Source: Candidatus Marinacidobacterium sp.
GTDB lineage: Bacteria > Acidobacteriota > Vicinamibacteria > Marinacidobacterales > Marinacidobacteraceae
Length of the DNA: 64,000 bases
NCBI GenBank assembly: GCA_965220965.1
Contig: OZ244852.1
Coordinates: 2,464,001-2,528,000, forward strand
Reading direction: 5' to 3'
This document shows, in pieces, positions 37,673 through 46,775 of the stretch. Numbering within the stretch: the first letter of the stretch is position 1; the number at the start of each line of letters is the position of its first letter. The notes beneath the pieces are model-generated. The model saw nothing but the letters and a program-made list of their open reading frames with translations. It had not been told where the DNA came from and made no database searches. The position numbers were made by a program, and so were the translations under genes.

Positions 37673-40120
37673 ATGCGCACCCGCCTTGCCCTTCTTGCCG
37701 CCGCGCTGGCGTTCTTCGCCTCGGCCGGTTTCGCCCAGGAGGGCTACCAGACCCCTCCGGCGGAGCTCGCCCGCATCGCCGATGCGTCGCCCACGCCCGC
37801 GATTTCGGTGTCTCCGGGCGCTGACCTCGCGGCGCTGTTCCACCGGGCGAGCACGGTTCCGCTGGCGGAGCTGTCGCGCGAGGAGCTGCGGATCGCCGGA
37901 CTCAGGATCGACCCGGCCCGCAACGCCCAGAGTCGCCGCCGCTTCTTCCACGGGATCGAGCTGGTGCGGATGGACGGAGCCGAGGGTCCCGCGGTGACCG
38001 GGCTTCCGGAAGAGCTCCAGGGAGATCACGCCCGCTGGTCCCCCGACGGCGCCCGTCTCGCGTTCACGCACACCGACGGTTTCGGCGTGGAGCTGTGGAT
38101 CCTCGAAGCGGCGACCGGGGCGGCCTCGCGGCTGGCCTCGGGGGTCAACGCGATCTTCCGGAACTCGCCGTTCGAGTGGCTCTCGGACAGCGAGACGCTG
38201 GCGGTCCGGGTCGTGGATACCGGGCGCGGAACCCCGCCGAGGGCCCCGACCGTGCCCGAGACCCCGGTGATCCAGGAATCCACCGGACGGGTCTCCCCGG
38301 CGCGCACCTACCAGGACCTCCTCACGAGCCCGCATGACAACGCGCTGTTCCGGCACTACGGGCAGACCCGGGCGCTGCTCATCACCTTGGCGAACGAGCG
38401 CACCGAGATCGCCGGTCCCGGGATCATCCAGCGGTTCGAACCCTCGCCGGACGGCATGTTCTTCCTGATCTCCGAGGTCCGGGAGCCGTTCTCCTGGCTC
38501 GTGCCTTACACGCGGTTCCCGCACCGCATCGAGGTTCGGGACCGGCAGGGCGCCGTGGTCCGCCAGATCGCGGATCTTCCGCTACAGGAGCAGGTCCCCA
38601 TCCACCGCGACTCCGCCCCCTCCGGCGCCCGGTCCGTCGCCTGGCGCGGGGACATGGACGCATCGGTCGTGTGGACCGAGGCGCGTGACGGCGGGGATCC
38701 CGCCACCGAGACGCAGACCCGGGACGAGCTCCTCCAGCTCGCCGCTCCGTTCGAGGGGGATCCCGAGTCGCTGCTCCAGGTCCCGTTGCGATTGAACGCC
38801 GCCATCTTCGGCGGCGGCCGGGGCGTGGCGATCACCCGCTGGTGGACCGACCGCTCCGAGCAGATCTGGCGGATCCCGGCGGCCGGCGAAGCGACCCTCG
38901 CCTTCGACACCTCCTACGAGGATCGATATGCGGCGCCGGGGATGCCGATGATCTCCCGCAACGAGCGGGGCGCGCGGGTGATGCTCACCTCGTCGGACGG
39001 CTCGAAGGCCTACCTCACTGCAGAGGGCGCGTCGCCGGAGGGCAACCGGCCGTTCGTGGATGAGTGGGATCTGGAGACCGGCGAGACCCGTCGGCTGTTC
39101 CGGTCGGAGGCAGATTCCTACGAGACGCCGCTCGCGCTTCTGGACCCGGACGCCGGCGTGCTGCTGACCCGGAAGGAGACCCGTGAGGTCCCGCCGAACT
39201 ACTTCGTGCGCGATCTCTCCGGTGGAGAGGCGGTCGCCCTCACCGACCTCCCGCACCCCTATCCGGACCTTCAGGGCGCCGGGCGCGAGCTCATCCGCTA
39301 CGCCCGCGCGGACGGCGTTCAACTGACTGCGCTGCTCCACACTCCTCCGGGATACGACCAGGCCACCGACGGCCGGTTGCCGCTGCTCGTCTGGGCCTAT
39401 CCCCGCGAGTACAAGAGCGCCGCCGCCGCCGCCCAGGTCCGCGACTCGCCGCAGCGGTTCAGCTTCGTGAGCTGGGGTTCGGCGCTCTACTGGCTGACCC
39501 AGGGGTTCGCGGTCATGGAGAACGCGACCATGCCGATCATCGGCGAAGGCGATGCGGAGCCGAACGACAGCTACGTCGAGCAGCTCGTCTCCAGCGCCCA
39601 GGCGGCGGTGGACGAGGCGGTGCGGCGCGGCGTCGCGGATCCCGACCGGACCGCCATCGCCGGCCACTCCTACGGAGCCTTCATGACCGCCAACCTGCTC
39701 GCCCACTCGGACATCTTCCGGGCCGGGATCGCGCGGAGCGGCGCCTTCAACCGCAGCCTGACGCCCTTCGGGTTCCAGAGCGAGCAGCGCACGTTCTGGC
39801 AAGCGCCGGAGATCTACTTCCGGATGTCGCCGTTCATGCACGCGCACCAGGTGAACGAGCCGATCCTGCTGATCCACGGGGCCGCCGACAACAACTCGGG
39901 GACCTTCCCGGTCCAGAGCCAGCGATTCTTCCATGCGCTGAAGGGTCACGGCGCGGTTGCGCGGCTCGTCATGTTCCCCCACGAGAGCCACGGCTATGCC
40001 GCCCGCGAGTCGGTGATGCACACCCTCTGGGAGCAGAACGAGTGGCTCGAGCGCTACGTGAAGAACGCCGCGCCCCGCGGCGAGACGACCGACAGCCAGC
40101 AGTCCGGCGGTTCACGGTAA
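37673..40120 (+). CDS. S9 prolyl-oligopeptidase-family peptidase, exported
   Basis: Propeller repeats, GHSYG, HG..DNN and ESHGY. Signal peptide. Confidence 0.92.
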   Translation: MRTRLALLAAALAFFASAGFAQEGYQTPPAELARIADASPTPAISVSPGADLAALFHRASTVPLAELSREELRIAGLRIDPARNAQSRRRFFHGIELVRMDGAEGPAVTGLPEELQGDHARWSPDGARLAFTHTDGFGVELWILEAATGAASRLASGVNAIFRNSPFEWLSDSETLAVRVVDTGRGTPPRAPTVPETPVIQESTGRVSPARTYQDLLTSPHDNALFRHYGQTRALLITLANERTEIAGPGIIQRFEPSPDGMFFLISEVREPFSWLVPYTRFPHRIEVRDRQGAVVRQIADLPLQEQVPIHRDSAPSGARSVAWRGDMDASVVWTEARDGGDPATETQTRDELLQLAAPFEGDPESLLQVPLRLNAAIFGGGRGVAITRWWTDRSEQIWRIPAAGEATLAFDTSYEDRYAAPGMPMISRNERGARVMLTSSDGSKAYLTAEGASPEGNRPFVDEWDLETGETRRLFRSEADSYETPLALLDPDAGVLLTRKETREVPPNYFVRDLSGGEAVALTDLPHPYPDLQGAGRELIRYARADGVQLTALLHTPPGYDQATDGRLPLLVWAYPREYKSAAAAAQVRDSPQRFSFVSWGSALYWLTQGFAVMENATMPIIGEGDAEPNDSYVEQLVSSAQAAVDEAVRRGVADPDRTAIAGHSYGAFMTANLLAHSDIFRAGIARSGAFNRSLTPFGFQSEQRTFWQAPEIYFRMSPFMHAHQVNEPILLIHGAADNNSGTFPVQSQRFFHALKGHGAVARLVMFPHESHGYAARESVMHTLWEQNEWLERYVKNAAPRGETTDSQQSGGSR

Positions 40121-40170
40121 GTCACCGGCCGTTCTTCCTCCGTTCCTGCGACTCGGATAGGTTCTCCGGC

Positions 40171-41739
40171 ATGAACCCGAACCGCCGCGACTTCCTTCGG
40201 ACCTCGGCCGGCGCCGGCCTGGCGCTTCCCTTCGTTCGCTCCGCGCCCGTGCTGGGCCAGCCGCAGGTCTTCGCCCACGGCGTGGCGAGCGGCGACCCGC
40301 AGCGGTCCCAGGTGCTGCTGTGGACCCGCGTCTCCGGCGCCGGCGGAGACACCGTTTCGGTCGGCTGGCAGGTCGCGCTGGACGAGGACTTCCGTGAAGT
40401 CGTCGCCGAAGGGACGACCCGGACCGGGCCGGAGCGCGACCACACGGTCAAGGCGCTCGCGACCGGGCTTCGGCCGGGGACGACCTACCGCTACCGCTTC
40501 GAGGCGCTCGGGGAGCGCTCGCCGGTGGGCCGGACGAAGACGCTGGCGCGGGATCCGAACCGCGTGCGGCTGGCCTTCGTCTCCTGCTCGAACCTGCCGT
40601 TCGGCTACTTCAACGTGTATCGGCGCATCGCCGAACGCGACGACCTCGACGCAGTGCTCCACCTCGGGGATTACCTCTACGAGTATGCGAACAGCGGCTA
40701 TGGCGACGGGACGCGCTTCACGCCGTCGCGGGCGTCGTTCCCCGACAAGGAGATCACCGTCCTCGCCGACTACCGCGCCCGCCACGCCCAGTACAAGTCG
40801 GACCCGGATCTCCAGGAGGTCCACCGGCTCCATCCGTTCATCACTGTCTGGGACGACCACGAAATCACGAACAACGCCTGGACCGACGGGGCGCAGAACC
40901 ACCAGGTGGAAGACGAGGAGGGCGACTGGTTCGTGCGCCGCGAGGCGGCGGTGCGCGCCTACTTCGAGTGGATGCCGATCCGCGAGCCGGAGCCCTGGCC
41001 CAGCCAGCGGACCTGGCGGAGCTTCCGGTTCGGGCGGCTGCTCGACCTCATCATGCTCGACACGCGCCTCCTCGGGCGGTCGCGGCAGGCGGAGTGGGGA
41101 GATCTCGAAGGGATGCGCCACCCGGGCCGAACGCTGCTCGGGCCCCGGCAGGAGGCCTGGCTCTACGACGAACTGCTGGCCGCCAAGTCGGTCCGCTGGC
41201 GGGTGCTCGGCCAGCAGGTCATGATGGGTCCGGCGCTCGACGCCGACCGGAACCCCGAAAACCCGGACCAGTGGGACGGCTACCAGGCGAGCCGCAACCG
41301 GCTGTTCGACTTCCTCGAGCGCGAGCGGCTCGGGAACCTCGTCGTGCTGACCGGGGACGTCCACCAGTCGTGGGGGATGGACCTTCCCCGCGACCCGTTC
41401 TCCGGCTACGACGCGGACACCGGCGCCGGGTCCTACGGCGTCGACTTCGTGACCACCGCGGTGTCCTCACCGAGTTCGATCATGCGGCGGCTGGGGACCG
41501 AGGAGGCGGTCGCCGCGGAGGTTCGGGCGATCCTGGGGAACAACCCGCACGCGAAGTTCGGGGAGGCCTTCCACCGGGGGTACTGCCTGCTCGATCTGCA
41601 GCCGGACCGCGTTCGCAACGACTGGTTCTTCGTGCCGACCATCGAAGAGCGCACCGGCCAGGAGCGCTGGGCCGCCGGGATCCTCGTCGGAGACGGGACC
41701 CAGCACGGCGTCCGCGCCGAGGCCGCCCCGGCGGACTGA
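40171..41739 (+). CDS. phoD: Alkaline phosphatase D, Tat-exported
   Basis: Motifs NRRDFL, HGVASGDP, HLGDYLYE, WDDHE, LDTR, QWDGY and TGDVH. Confidence 0.94.
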   Translation: MNPNRRDFLRTSAGAGLALPFVRSAPVLGQPQVFAHGVASGDPQRSQVLLWTRVSGAGGDTVSVGWQVALDEDFREVVAEGTTRTGPERDHTVKALATGLRPGTTYRYRFEALGERSPVGRTKTLARDPNRVRLAFVSCSNLPFGYFNVYRRIAERDDLDAVLHLGDYLYEYANSGYGDGTRFTPSRASFPDKEITVLADYRARHAQYKSDPDLQEVHRLHPFITVWDDHEITNNAWTDGAQNHQVEDEEGDWFVRREAAVRAYFEWMPIREPEPWPSQRTWRSFRFGRLLDLIMLDTRLLGRSRQAEWGDLEGMRHPGRTLLGPRQEAWLYDELLAAKSVRWRVLGQQVMMGPALDADRNPENPDQWDGYQASRNRLFDFLERERLGNLVVLTGDVHQSWGMDLPRDPFSGYDADTGAGSYGVDFVTTAVSSPSSIMRRLGTEEAVAAEVRAILGNNPHAKFGEAFHRGYCLLDLQPDRVRNDWFFVPTIEERTGQERWAAGILVGDGTQHGVRAEAAPAD

Positions 41740-41790
41740 TCGGGGCGCGCCAACGCCCCTGCGGGAGGGAGGGGAACCCCGGCGACCGCG

Positions 41791-43377
41791 TCAGTCGTTC
41801 GGGTCGGGGTCGCGGACCGTCGGGTACTCGATGCCGAGTTGCTCGAGGTAGGTGTCGTAGCGGTCCGGGTCGTAGTAGTAGGGGCGCAGCGCCTCGCGGA
41901 ACGCGCCCATCCGCTCCCGGTTCAGGTGGATCGCCGGGTCGTCGTTCGGTCCGAGGAGCGACGTGTAGGTGTGCTCCGCGGTCTGCTCGACGAAGTACTC
42001 CTTCGCCGCCGCGACGATCGTCGGGTCGAGGAAGAGGTCCATGAGCGTCATCGCGATGACGCGCGCGCCGGCGACGACTCCCTTGTGCGCGATCGGGGTC
42101 GCCATCGCGACCGCGTTGGCCCAGTGGTGTCCGGGGCCGCCAGGGATGTTCGACGGGTAGCGCAGGGTGACGGTCGGGACCTTCCACGAGATGTCCCCGA
42201 TGTCGTCGGAGAAGCCTCCCAGCCGGGGCTCCGGCGCCGGCCCGCCCATCTGCCCGAGCTCCATGGCGAGGCCGTTCTCGGCGACTCCGAGCTCCCGCTG
42301 CAGCCCCCGGGCGAGCGTCTGGTCGGCCTCGCTCCATTCGGGGAGACCCACCCGCTCGATGTTCGCCCACACGGTTTCCGCGACCGGTTTGTTGAAGTGC
42401 CGTGGGTAGGCGTGGCCCAGGATGCGCCAGGAGACCTCGGTCGAGGTCATCATCGCCGCCGCCGTGGCCATCGTGTTGCCGAGCTCGTAGAGCTCCTGCA
42501 TGTGCGGCTGGTCGATCTCCCGGAAGTAGTACCAGACCGACGCCTGGGAGGGCACCACGTTCGGCTGGTCCCCGCCGTTCGAGATCACGTAGTGCGAGCG
42601 GTGCGGCAGGCGCAGGTGTTCGCGCTTGTAGTTCCACCCGGTGTTCATGATCTCCACCGCGTCGAGCGCGCTGCGCCCGCGCCACGGCGCCCCCGCCGAA
42701 TGCGCCGACTCCCCCTCGAAGGTGTATTCGACGGACACCAGGCCGCTGCCGCGACCCGGCCCCCAGCTCACGCCGAAGTCGGAGGCCACGTGGGTGAAGA
42801 TGTTGATGTCGATGTCATCGAAGTAGCCGGCCCGGACGAACCACGCCTTCGTGGCGAGGAGTTCCTCGGCCACGCCGGGCCAGATCACGATCGTCCCTTG
42901 GATGCCTTCTCTCTCCATGACCTCCTTGGCCGCCAGCGCCCCCACGATGATCACCGCCTGCCCCGAGTTGTGCCCCTCGCCGTGGCCCGGAGCGCCCTCG
43001 ACCAGCGGGTCGAAGTAGGCGACGCCCGGCTTCTGGGACGCCTTCGGGATGCCGTCGACATCGCTGCCGAGCGCGATGACCGGTGATCCGGAGCCCCAGC
43101 GCGCCATCCACGCCGTCGGGATCCCGGCGATGCCTTCTTCGACCTCGAACCCGTTCTCCCGGAGCAGGTCGCCCAGGTAGCGGGCGGTCTCGAACTCCTG
43201 GAACCCGAGTTCGCCGAAGCTGAACAGCGAGTCCACGATCACCTGAGCGAGCTTGGCCCGCTCGGCGGCGCCCTGGTCCACGACCGGGCGCAGCGTCTCG
43301 AGGTTCTGTCCGGCGGCCGGGATGGCTACGAGCGCCATCGCCAGCGCGGCGACGGTCTTCGCAAGGGCGTGTGGCAT
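41791..43377 (-). CDS. M20 amidohydrolase (AbgB-like), exported
   Basis: Motifs ELGFQE, GHGEGHN, AEE, HSAGAPW.GRSALDAVE, QPNVVP and SDDIGD. Confidence 0.87.
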   Translation of the reverse strand: MPHALAKTVAALAMALVAIPAAGQNLETLRPVVDQGAAERAKLAQVIVDSLFSFGELGFQEFETARYLGDLLRENGFEVEEGIAGIPTAWMARWGSGSPVIALGSDVDGIPKASQKPGVAYFDPLVEGAPGHGEGHNSGQAVIIVGALAAKEVMEREGIQGTIVIWPGVAEELLATKAWFVRAGYFDDIDINIFTHVASDFGVSWGPGRGSGLVSVEYTFEGESAHSAGAPWRGRSALDAVEIMNTGWNYKREHLRLPHRSHYVISNGGDQPNVVPSQASVWYYFREIDQPHMQELYELGNTMATAAAMMTSTEVSWRILGHAYPRHFNKPVAETVWANIERVGLPEWSEADQTLARGLQRELGVAENGLAMELGQMGGPAPEPRLGGFSDDIGDISWKVPTVTLRYPSNIPGGPGHHWANAVAMATPIAHKGVVAGARVIAMTLMDLFLDPTIVAAAKEYFVEQTAEHTYTSLLGPNDDPAIHLNRERMGAFREALRPYYYDPDRYDTYLEQLGIEYPTVRDPDPND

Positions 43378-43409
43378 GCTGATTCTCCGGGAAGGGCGCG
43401 GCCTGGGCG

Positions 43410-44576
43410 TCAGCTCAGGGCGGCGCCAAATCGGTGGGCGAGGTCGTCGGCGTTCGCGCGGTTCCAGGTCTCGTTGACGCCGAGGAGGAACGCCCCGCCG
43501 GCGCGGGGCGCCCCGAGGTCCACGGCCTGGTCGGCAAGGCGCGCGCGGAACGCTTCGGGATCGGACGCTCCCACGCGCAGGCGGAACAGGTTCGTCCCGC
43601 TCGGGATCCGTTCGACTTCGAAAGCGCCCTCGCCGGTCAGCCGCTCGATGAATCCTTCGGACACGGCGACCGCCTTCGCGAACCGTTCCGTGAAGCCGGG
43701 CAGATGGTGGAGCGCGACCGCCGCGAAGGGCCAGGCGGCCGGGAGCCCGCCACCGAACATCCGGCGGGTGTGGAACATCCCGTCGAGAAGGGATCGGGGT
43801 CCCGCGAGAACCGCGCCCGAAGCGGCGTTGAAGTACTTGTAGAGCGACACGTAGACGGTGTCGAAGGGACGGGCGAGCTCGGCGACATCGACTCCGGTGC
43901 AGGCGCTCTCGAGGAACATGCGCGCGCCGTCGAGGTGGAGGCGGATGCCCTCGCGGCGGGCGTAGGCCGTGATCCGCTCGATCTCCGCCGGGTCGAAGAT
44001 CTCTCCCGACCGCCGCCGCACCGGCGACTCGATGGAGATCACCCGCACTGGGCGCGCGACGCGTCCTCCGGCGGTCCGCTCCACGACCTCCCGGACCTGT
44101 TCCAGCGTGAACGTGGCCGCTCCGGGAGCGAGCGGGATCAGCGGGATCGAGCTGAGCGTCTGGACGCAGTCGCCGGAGTCGTTGTAGAGGTGCGCCTCGG
44201 CCTGCACGATGGCGCGCCCTCCGCCGTGACCGGCGAGCGCGCGGACGGCGAGCTGGTTGGCCAGCGTCCCGGTCGGAAAGAAGACCGCCCGCTCCTTGCC
44301 GAGGAGCGCGGCGAACCCCTCTTCCAGTTCCTCGACGGTCCCGCCGTTCGAGTAGTTATCGCGCGAAATCCGTCCCTCGTCCGCGAGGCGAGTGAGCAGT
44401 CGTCCCTGCTCGGCCGGGGTGAGCCCCAGTCCGTCCCCGGTCATCCGCACCCGGACCGAGTCGGTGGCGGGGACGTAGGGAGCGTTCCCGCCCCACGCCA
44501 GCGCCGGCGCTGCGAGGCCGGCCCCGAGGCCCACCGGTCCCGTCCGAAAGAACTGTCGCCTTGAGATCCCGTGCAT
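43410..44576 (-). CDS. Low-specificity L-threonine aldolase-family PLP enzyme with Tat signal
   Basis: Motifs SRRQFF, PTGTLAN, HLDGAR, YVSLYK and RRMFGGG. Confidence 0.87.
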   Translation of the reverse strand: MHGISRRQFFRTGPVGLGAGLAAPALAWGGNAPYVPATDSVRVRMTGDGLGLTPAEQGRLLTRLADEGRISRDNYSNGGTVEELEEGFAALLGKERAVFFPTGTLANQLAVRALAGHGGGRAIVQAEAHLYNDSGDCVQTLSSIPLIPLAPGAATFTLEQVREVVERTAGGRVARPVRVISIESPVRRRSGEIFDPAEIERITAYARREGIRLHLDGARMFLESACTGVDVAELARPFDTVYVSLYKYFNAASGAVLAGPRSLLDGMFHTRRMFGGGLPAAWPFAAVALHHLPGFTERFAKAVAVSEGFIERLTGEGAFEVERIPSGTNLFRLRVGASDPEAFRARLADQAVDLGAPRAGGAFLLGVNETWNRANADDLAHRFGAALS

Positions 44577-44832
44577 CGCGTCCTCCCGGTGAGACTCTAC
44601 CGGCCGCGGAGGCCGGGGTGTTCCGGCTGGGGATCCGTCAGCTTGGCGTTCGACGGGGGGAGGGCCCGCGAAGCCCTCGGGGGCGGATGCTTGACGTTTG
44701 AGGTCAGGAGGTGCCCAAATCGCACAGTCGCTGGATTCAGGCTACGCGGACGTGCCAATATACGACATGAACTGCTTCCAGCGCCCCGTGCGCGGGCGCT
44801 GGTCCCCCGCTAACCGCGAAAGGAGTCGCACA

Positions 44833-45057
44833 ATGGCCATCAGGGAAATCACGATCGACGGCGTTGGTCCGGCGTTCGAGGTGGACACCGAAGAGGAATT
44901 CGCGGCGGTCCTTGACACCGGCGCGCCTGTCGCCGCCCCCCGCGAGGTCATTGACGCCTTCGGTATCCCCGATCCGTCCGTAAGCCCGTTCCGCACCGCC
45001 GAGGAAGACATCTGGGAGAGCGAGAACGCCGCCGGGGCAGGCGAGAGGGAGACCTGA
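44833..45057 (+). CDS. Small acidic hypothetical protein (74 aa)
   Basis: Strong AAAGGAG ribosome-binding site 7 nt upstream of the ATG, and coding-like codon usage. Confidence 0.6.
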   Translation: MAIREITIDGVGPAFEVDTEEEFAAVLDTGAPVAAPREVIDAFGIPDPSVSPFRTAEEDIWESENAAGAGERET

Positions 45058-45288
45058 CCCAGGGGCCCGGGCCCTTCCGGCGCCACGAGAAAACCACATG
45101 GCAGTCGCCAGGACCAACATTTCCGGCCGGGATCGCGTCGCTGACTGCGGCGAGCAACTCCCTGTCAGGATCCTCAGACAGGTCGAGTCGGGCGAACCGC
45201 CATGGCGGCCCGGAGATCAGGCGAGCAACTCGTCCGCCGACGCCCGTTCACCGGCCACCGCCGCACCGGCGGCGCGCCAGCCAGCGTA

Positions 45289-46668
45289 ATGACGACGGCT
45301 GGCGAACTCGGCCGTCGACTGAAGCAGGCTCGCGAGGCGAGCCGTCTTCGACAGGAGGATGTGGCGGGTCGACTGGGCATCCCGCGATCCTCGGTGGCCC
45401 GGATCGAGTCCGGGAAGCGGTCCGTCTCCGGCCTCGAGCTGGAACGGATGGCGCACCTCTACGGACGCGACATGCGGGACTTCTTCGCGGAGACGTTCTC
45501 CGGCGAAGACACTGTGGCGGGATTCTTGTGCCGGGCGCTCCCGGACGGGCTGGCGAGTGACGATCCACCGAGCCGGGGCCCCCCGGACGGTCTGGCGCGT
45601 TATGCGCCACCGAGCCCGGCGCTCCCGGACGGGCTGGCGAGTGACGATCCACCGAGCCCGACGTTCGCGGACGGGCTGGCGCGTGACGATCCACTGCGCC
45701 CGGCGCTCCGGGACGGTCAGGCGCTCGTCCAGGCCATCGCGGACATCGAGGAGGCCCTCGGTCTGGACCGCGACGCTGCGTCGGGTGTCCGCTATCCGAG
45801 GCCCCGCCCGAAGACGGAACGGGAGGCGGTGTGGCAGGGAGAGTCCGTCGCTCACGAGGAGCGCAAGCGACTGGCGCTCGGAGAAAACCCCTTGCCGGAC
45901 CTTGTGGAGCTGCTCGGGGCCCAAGGAGTGCTGGTGGTCGCCCGCGAGCTCCCGATGGACCTTTCCCGGCTGACCCTCGACCTTCCTCCGGTGATCCTTG
46001 TCAACAGCGACCAGTCTCCGACCGGGATGCGCTTCGTCTGTGCTCTCGAGTACGCCCATGTCCTGCTGGGGTGGGAGGAGCCGGGTGGGCCTGGCTGGAA
46101 GGAAGACTACGAGGATCTGACCGAAGTGAGGGCCAACGCCTTCGTCGCCAGTTTCCTGATGCCGCCGGAGGGCGTCGCCAGCTTCATGCGCCGCCTGGCC
46201 AAGGGCTGGAACAGCCGGGAAGGGATCGACCCCTACGGGGAGTCTCCGGCGACGGTGACCCGCGCTGAAGGAAGCCCGCCTCCTCGCAGTCAGGAGGTCC
46301 AGATCTACGACGTGGCGCTTCTCGCGCACCACTTCGGCGTCAGCCGGACGGCGGCGATCGACCGCCTGCAGAGTCTCGGGATCATCCGAGCGAAGGATCT
46401 GGAGCGCCTACTCCAGCGCGAGACCAAAGACGGGAGCAGGGTGGCGGAGGCCCTCGGCCTCGAGCCTGCGAACGGCCCCGCACCGGAGGCGCTCGGGCGG
46501 CGGTTCCTCTGCCTCGGGATCGAGGCGCTCCGCCGGGAGAAGATCAGTCGGCGGAAGTTGACGGAACTCGCCGCTCTGCTCGGGACGAGCGACGAGACGC
46601 TCGAGAGGATCCTCGTCGCCGTCGGGCTCGAGCGCCCGCCGGTGGACGTGACGCCTTCATCGCCCTGA
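45289..46668 (+). CDS. XRE HTH + ImmA/IrrE-like domain protein (degenerate HExxH)
   Basis: N-terminal HTH (LKQARE..LRQEDVA..LG..RSSVARIESGKR), then RF..ALEYAH, EVRANAFVASFLMP and HFGVS. Confidence 0.85.
   Translation: MTTAGELGRRLKQAREASRLRQEDVAGRLGIPRSSVARIESGKRSVSGLELERMAHLYGRDMRDFFAETFSGEDTVAGFLCRALPDGLASDDPPSRGPPDGLARYAPPSPALPDGLASDDPPSPTFADGLARDDPLRPALRDGQALVQAIADIEEALGLDRDAASGVRYPRPRPKTEREAVWQGESVAHEERKRLALGENPLPDLVELLGAQGVLVVARELPMDLSRLTLDLPPVILVNSDQSPTGMRFVCALEYAHVLLGWEEPGGPGWKEDYEDLTEVRANAFVASFLMPPEGVASFMRRLAKGWNSREGIDPYGESPATVTRAEGSPPPRSQEVQIYDVALLAHHFGVSRTAAIDRLQSLGIIRAKDLERLLQRETKDGSRVAEALGLEPANGPAPEALGRRFLCLGIEALRREKISRRKLTELAALLGTSDETLERILVAVGLERPPVDVTPSSP
45535..45723 (+). repeat. 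In-frame 42-bp tandem repeat, about 4.5 copies
   Basis: Units start at 45535, 45577, 45619, 45661 and (partial) 45703, encoding ALPDGLASDDPPS(R/P)-like 14-mers. Confidence 0.9.
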
Positions 46669-46775
46669 TGCCCGGCGCCAAGCGAGCGGCTTGGGGCTGT
46701 CGCTGAGATCCGGGTCGCGCGGTTCGCCACGGCCGCCCCGCCTGGCTCAGAAACTCCGGCCCAGAAAACCCCGGC

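Noticed and set aside
45535-45723. Possible CRISPR array
   Set aside because: The units are contiguous in-frame 42-bp repeats with no unique spacers, and no cas genes are present.
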